A DNA stretch of 64,000 nucleotides, from positions 184,388,001-184,452,000 of the forward strand of contig OZ024741.1 of NCBI GenBank assembly GCA_964016885.1, read 5' to 3'. Shown piece by piece: positions 58,567-64,000 of the stretch. Every line of letters starts with the position of its first letter. The first letter of the stretch is position 1. This DNA comes from Eledone cirrhosa (lineage: Eukaryota). Made by a program: the position numbers and the translations under genes. The notes below the pieces were generated by a model that saw nothing but the letters and a program-made list of their open reading frames with translations, made no database searches and was not told where the DNA came from.

Positions 58567-58699
58567 TGCCCTTACAATAATAATAATAATAATAATAATA
58601 ATTTTTTCTCACATAGGCACTATATTTTTTTGTACGCTAGAGGGACACTCGGAATATCTTACACACCCAATGCGTTGTTTCGCACAATATCGTCTTGAC

Positions 58700-59790
58700 C
58701 ACTTCAAATTCTGTCTTTATTTCAAACCAAAGCATTAAGTGGAAGTATTCCAATGTAGGTTTGAAGAAATTCAGAACGTATGATGGACCAACCTTACAAA
58801 GAGAACTGAGTTTTAAACAGACACTGGTGGCCACAGAGGGTACTATGATGTACTGACCGCAGTGTGTGACTCTGGAATAGGGTCAAGAGAGTCCCCTGCC
58901 TAGTGTAGATAGACAAATGTACTTAACAAACTTAGGAACCATTCTGAGTCGATGGTTTGAACACTTCCTTATTTTTCTGAAATCTACTCGTGTAGTATAT
59001 TATGCTCTTATGATCTAGGTCATCACGCAATAGCCGGAATATCAGAACTGGACGGGGTTGCCACATTAGAAGAGCCTATAAAGACCATACAGTAACTGGA
59101 AAGGGAAAATGCGACAGCAATTTGGAACTCCATATTGATGGTGACTGCCACAAGACCTCCGTGATGCAGCCTTCAAACTCTTTTCTAAGATCTTCCGAGA
59201 ATACTAAGAGGGATAACTTTGCTTTTGATTACAAATCTCTGCAAGGTAACTCCAGAAGAGTCTGGTGCTCAGCATTGTAGAAGAACACCTTCTAGTGGGC
59301 CAATGTGAATTCATAGCCAACCGCAGCATCATTGACGTGGTATCTGTTTTCATATATCACTGAGAAATGTAGGGAATAGAACTAGGGAATATACTTGATG
59401 TTTGTATATCATACGAAATGTTTTTCACTGAGAAATTGGAAATATCTGTGAAAAAGTGAGGAAAAACTAGATAGCCCATCACAATTATTAAATTTATTTA
59501 GTCATTCAGCTACACATGAATCAGTGATACCATGTGGAACAAAACAATGAGCTTCCAATGCTCTTCACTTTAGCAAACTGAAAAAAAAAAGTCTTGCATC
59601 CTGTCACCGACTGCTTTCACCATTTGCCTTAGTATGATAATCATATAAGTCACAGAAAATGTCGATATAGAAGACGGTTTCTACATTCAATGTCGCACGG
59701 GTCTATTCAGGCTGAGATGACTACAATCCTGCTCCAAGGCACTAAAGCAACACATTCGGGAGCTACTCGTGGTCGTCCGAAAGCGAACAG
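58700..59790 (+). mobile_element. Heavily decayed RTE (BovB-like) RT relic
   Basis: Scattered remnants SRWFEHF, QC.F.ANRSIIDVV, PT.F.I, YIQCRTG.LF.LR.LQ across frames. Confidence 0.55.
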
Positions 59791-60720
59791 GTAACCAAAC
59801 ATGCGGTATAGGATGTAGAGACCGCCATCTTTACGGACATTTTCTAAAGCCCTTACAAGACTGTCAGCTTGATAAGGCCACACTTAAGAAAAATTACTAC
59901 TAGCGAGAATTGGACTGTAAAGAGATGGGGAGCTGCAGTTGATTTGAGGGTCCAAAGAGAGACATGGTGGTGTCAAAGATTAGAGTTGTTTGTGTTGGCA
60001 TGGTTATGGACACCATTTGCTTTTCTATTCTATCACGAGTCACGCATTAACCTTTTAGCATTTAAACCGGCCATATCTGGCCAGGATTCTCTCACTCTTT
60101 CTGTTCAAGCTGGCCGTAACTGGCCACTCACAATGATGTTAAGGTATGGTTCTCATAATAAATAATATCAAAATCTCATAGATTCGATATGGTGTCAGAT
60201 AATTATGTGAGGTAAAGCCTTTATCATTATATATAGTGTAATGTAAATGTGGTTTCTTTTAATTTCACGAGTTCATCCGTATATTTTCCAATGTTTGTGT
60301 GTCATTTTGCAGGTCGCCCAAACTCACATTCCTCATCAAGCTGGAATGATGGTATAGGGGGTTTAGTCAACAACGATCAGACTATACAGCCGGTTGTATT
60401 GTGTTAGTAGTTGTCCCGACGAACTACCTGGTGCTATGTGGATAAAACGCGTTCTTTTTTCTATTTGTTTTCTATAAGAAAAGGATGCTCATCATATTTA
60501 TCATGTAACATCTGAGAATACAGCGCCTTTACTTATCTATAAAACCAGTATTGTTTCTGTCGAAGTTGTTTTTATTGTTGTTGAGCATGATGCTGTTGTT
60601 GATTATGTTACTGATAATATTGGTGTTGTTACAATTCATGTTGTTTGACCCCCCCAGGCCAATCTCAACTCAGCAGATCAATGATCGCAAGCATTCCATC
60701 CATGGTGATGCTAAATTTAT

Positions 60721-61083
<363 letters not shown>

Positions 61084-61337
61084 ATATATATATATATATA
61101 TATAAAAAATTTTTCGATGAAAATCGCAGGAAAACAGAGTCAAGATAAATTAATAAAAACAATGAATATGACAAAGAAACAGTTCCTTATATTAAAAAAT
61201 TCATCATTTTACGATCGTTTCTAGGATATATATGTGTGTGTTGGTATGTATATCATTATAGATCTATGTAAAAAATTTACAAACTATCAGGGGGAATATA
61301 CATACCAACACATATATATGCTGCCTTCAGAAATAAT

Positions 61338-61515
61338 TGTTTCTACTTTAGGCACAAGGCCAGCAATTACCCAGTGCATTAGTGGTACTTTATTTTATCG
61401 ACCCAGTAAGGATGAAAGGCAAATCAACCTCGGCGGGATTTGAACACAGATCGTAAAGGGATGTAACTATGCTGGAAAGCATGGCGTCCGACCCTCTACC
61501 GAAACTGCCAATCCA
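61338..61515 (-). mobile_element. SINE (family S) with TSD cagaaataat
   Basis: TSD at 61328-61337 and 61516-61525; the empty site is visible in the other arm at about 63390-63399. Confidence 0.92.
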
Positions 61516-62249
61516 CAGAAATAATGATATTTGTTTATTGAAAAAAAAACAACAAAGATTTAATATAATATGTCTGTTTGGGAACAGGTTTTGAATTGAC
61601 AAATAGAAAAGTAGTAAGTGGTCAAGTTGATAGAATAGTAGTAGTAGAAATTTAATTTAGGGGTAGAGGAATGCAGACTTCAGTTTTGAATAGAAAGAAT
61701 ACTTTGAATGAAAAGATTACTTTGGGGATGAAAAGAGGTCAAGCCGGTGAAAGGTACAGGGAAATTTGATGTTATTAAAGAATAATGCTAATGTTAAATT
61801 CGAAGGAGAATAAAATTTCAGGGTAAATGTGTTAGTGAGAAATACTAATCTTATTTAAAACACAGGGAATTTAGATCTATAACAAGAAATTAAATTAATT
61901 TAATTGATAGGTATACTTATAGGGATGTATTTATATCATATAGATATGATAAATAAGAATTAGATGTTATTAAAGAATGTAGTTAAAAACGAAGGAAAAA
62001 AAAATTGGGGATAAATGTATTAGTGAGAAATAACAAACTTATATAGACTACAAGGAATTTAGATTCATAACAGGAAATTAAAATAGTTTATATGTATTTT
62101 TATAGGTATAAATTTTAGGAAAAGAGAGCTGTAAAAGGGAACTAAAATTATGAAGTTCTCAGTAGTAAAATACTAATTATATGTTAACTAAATTAAAAAT
62201 TAAAAAAACTAATTATAACAATTTGTAAAATATAAGTGTAAGGTGTATA

Positions 62250-62705
62250 TTAATTAGGTTTATAATATTTGAAAGTTCTTCTAATTCTATACGATATAAT
62301 TAATTCTTGTCGCTTATTTAATAGGATATCCTTAGATTTCATTATTTTAAAAAGTTCCTGGGAACAAAATCTACACTCATATCTGTTATTTTGATAAGGG
62401 GTGGCCCTTTTGAGCACACTCAAGGTCAGGTTATAATCGATATTCATTTTTCTATAATTATTAATTATTTCAGCCAAGGATGTTGTATTAGCTAATGCGG
62501 CATTTTTAAAACTATGTTTGTGGGTATTAAATCTTACTTTAAATTGGTTAGAAGTAGCTCTTATATATGAATAAGTTGAGTCCTTAGTGCTAATTTTACA
62601 TTTATATACTATGTTATTAATAAGACAATTTCCTTTTAATGGGCAATTTGCTTTGTTTCTACAGTTACAACCATTCGTGAATATTATATCAGGGGACTTA
62701 GTCAA
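62250..62705 (-). pseudogene. PLE GIY-YIG endonuclease with CxCx5C linker
   Basis: GCNCRNKANCPLKGNCLINNIVYKC...YIRAT..FKVRFNTHKHSF...C..C..E...LLNKRQEL. Confidence 0.88.
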
Positions 62706-63387
62706 ATTTGGTGTGGAATTTACTCGACTTTTTGAATTAGTATAATTTTACTACTGAGAACTTCATAATTTTATTTCCCTTTTACAGCTCTCTTTTCCTA
62801 AAATTAATACCTATAAAAATACATATAAACTATTTTAATTTCCTGTTATGAATCTAAATTCCTTGTAGTCTATATAAGTTTGTTATTTCTCACTAATACA
62901 TTTATCCCCGAATTTTTTTTCCTTCGTTTTTAACAACATTCTTTAATAACATCTAATTCTTATTTATCACATCTATATGATATAAATTTATCCCTATAAC
63001 TATACCTATCAATTAAATTAATTTAATTTCTTGTTATTGATCTAAATTCCCTGTGTTTTAAATAAGATTAGTATTTCTCACTAACACATTTACCCTAAAA
63101 TTTTATTCTCCTTCGATTTTAACATTAGCATTATTCTTTAATAACATCAAATTTTCGTGTACCTTTCACCAGCTTGACCTCTTTTCATCCCCAAAGTAAT
63201 CTTTTCATTCAAAGTATTCTTTCTATTCAAAACTGAAGTCTGCATTCTTCTACCCCTAAATTAAATTTATACTACTACTATTCTATCAACTTGACCACTT
63301 ACTACTTTTCTATTTGTCAATTTAAAACCTGTTCCCAAACAGACCTATTATATTAAATCTTTGTTGGTTTTTTTCAATAAACAAATA

Positions 63388-63525
63388 TCATTATTTCTGA
63401 AGACAGCATATATATGTGTAGGTATGTATATTCCCTCTGATAGTTTGTAAAATATTTACACAGATTTATATGATATACATGCCAACACACACATATATAT
63501 CCTAGAAACGATCGTAAAATGATGA
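63388..63525 (+). ncRNA. Type-I hammerhead with 101-nt stem II domain (mirror copy 61201-61337 on minus)
   Basis: tcattattt-CTGAAGA-[long hairpin]-GAAA-cgatc-GTA-aaatgatga; 9-bp stem I, palindromic stem III. Confidence 0.75.
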
Positions 63526-63834
63526 ATTTTTTAATATAGGGAACAGTTTCTTTGTTTTTATTCATTGTTTTTTAAAATTTACATATATATATATACACAT
63601 ATAAAATTAAAGAACGGAGTTAATCCACTTATAGTTTAATGAGCTCAAGGAATAGATTCTGAGCTCGTTATAAATCAGTATATAGAGAGAAATACACATA
63701 GAGGTATGCGTTTAATGATAGGGGGTAGAAAACCACCAGAGTGAAGAACATATTGTCTATGAAAGGAAAGGAGAATACAGATCAATGAAAAGAATGAATT
63801 AAAATGTACTAATCATCCAATAATAACTATTACA

Positions 63835-63910
63835 CATGGAAATGCTCTAATCAGAGCATGTTTCGCCAGAAAAAGTGTAGATTCCATATTCTAGTGGGTT
63901 TATCAACAGG
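63835..63910 (-). ncRNA. Decaying type-I hammerhead, U3-A8 core
   Basis: cctg-TTGATAA-accca-ctagaa...ttctgg-c-GAAA-c-atgctct-gatt-agagcat-tTC-catg. Confidence 0.6.
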
Positions 63911-64000
63911 TCGACCACAATATGGTCTACATACCTCTAAAAATATATAAGATAACTATAATAGCGCACATGGTGTAAAGAGAAGAAAAGCTCTCCTTAC

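Larger units (their letters stand above)
61146..63580 (-). mobile_element. 5'-truncated PLE with long 3' UTR/pLTR and inverted copy
   Basis: Arms 61146-62178 (with SINE insert) and 62735-63580 are reverse complements around the GIY-YIG ORF. Confidence 0.88.

Overview
AT-rich eukaryotic (animal) non-genic or intronic DNA, saturated with (TA)n/(CA)n/(TATG)n microsatellites and transposon relics. The repeat make-up suggests a cephalopod such as Octopus (inference only). No intact host gene could be supported. Protein-coding remnants are all mobile-element derived: a Helitron 3' piece, five Penelope-like elements (PLEs, GIY-YIG with or without RT, one near full length with pseudo-LTRs), a Tx1/L1-type LINE, RTE relics, a CRE-like endonuclease fragment and a mariner relic. 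There are also about 17 copies of one tRNA-derived SINE. The hidden layer is RNA structure: about 25 type-I hammerhead ribozyme (HHR) motifs, intact or decayed, were read by eye in roughly a dozen repeat families, mostly beside (TA)n tracts and in inverted or fold-back arrangements. The most striking object is a young tandem array (23479-26251) of about 4.7 apparently identical 591-bp non-coding monomers. Each carries a hammerhead with a compensatory U3-A8 core (UUGAUAA) and a GUC cleavage site, and the array has a PLE-style inverted 5' flank. It is a candidate large retrozyme or circular-RNA retroelement mobilised by PLEs. All alignments and folds were done manually and need computational confirmation.
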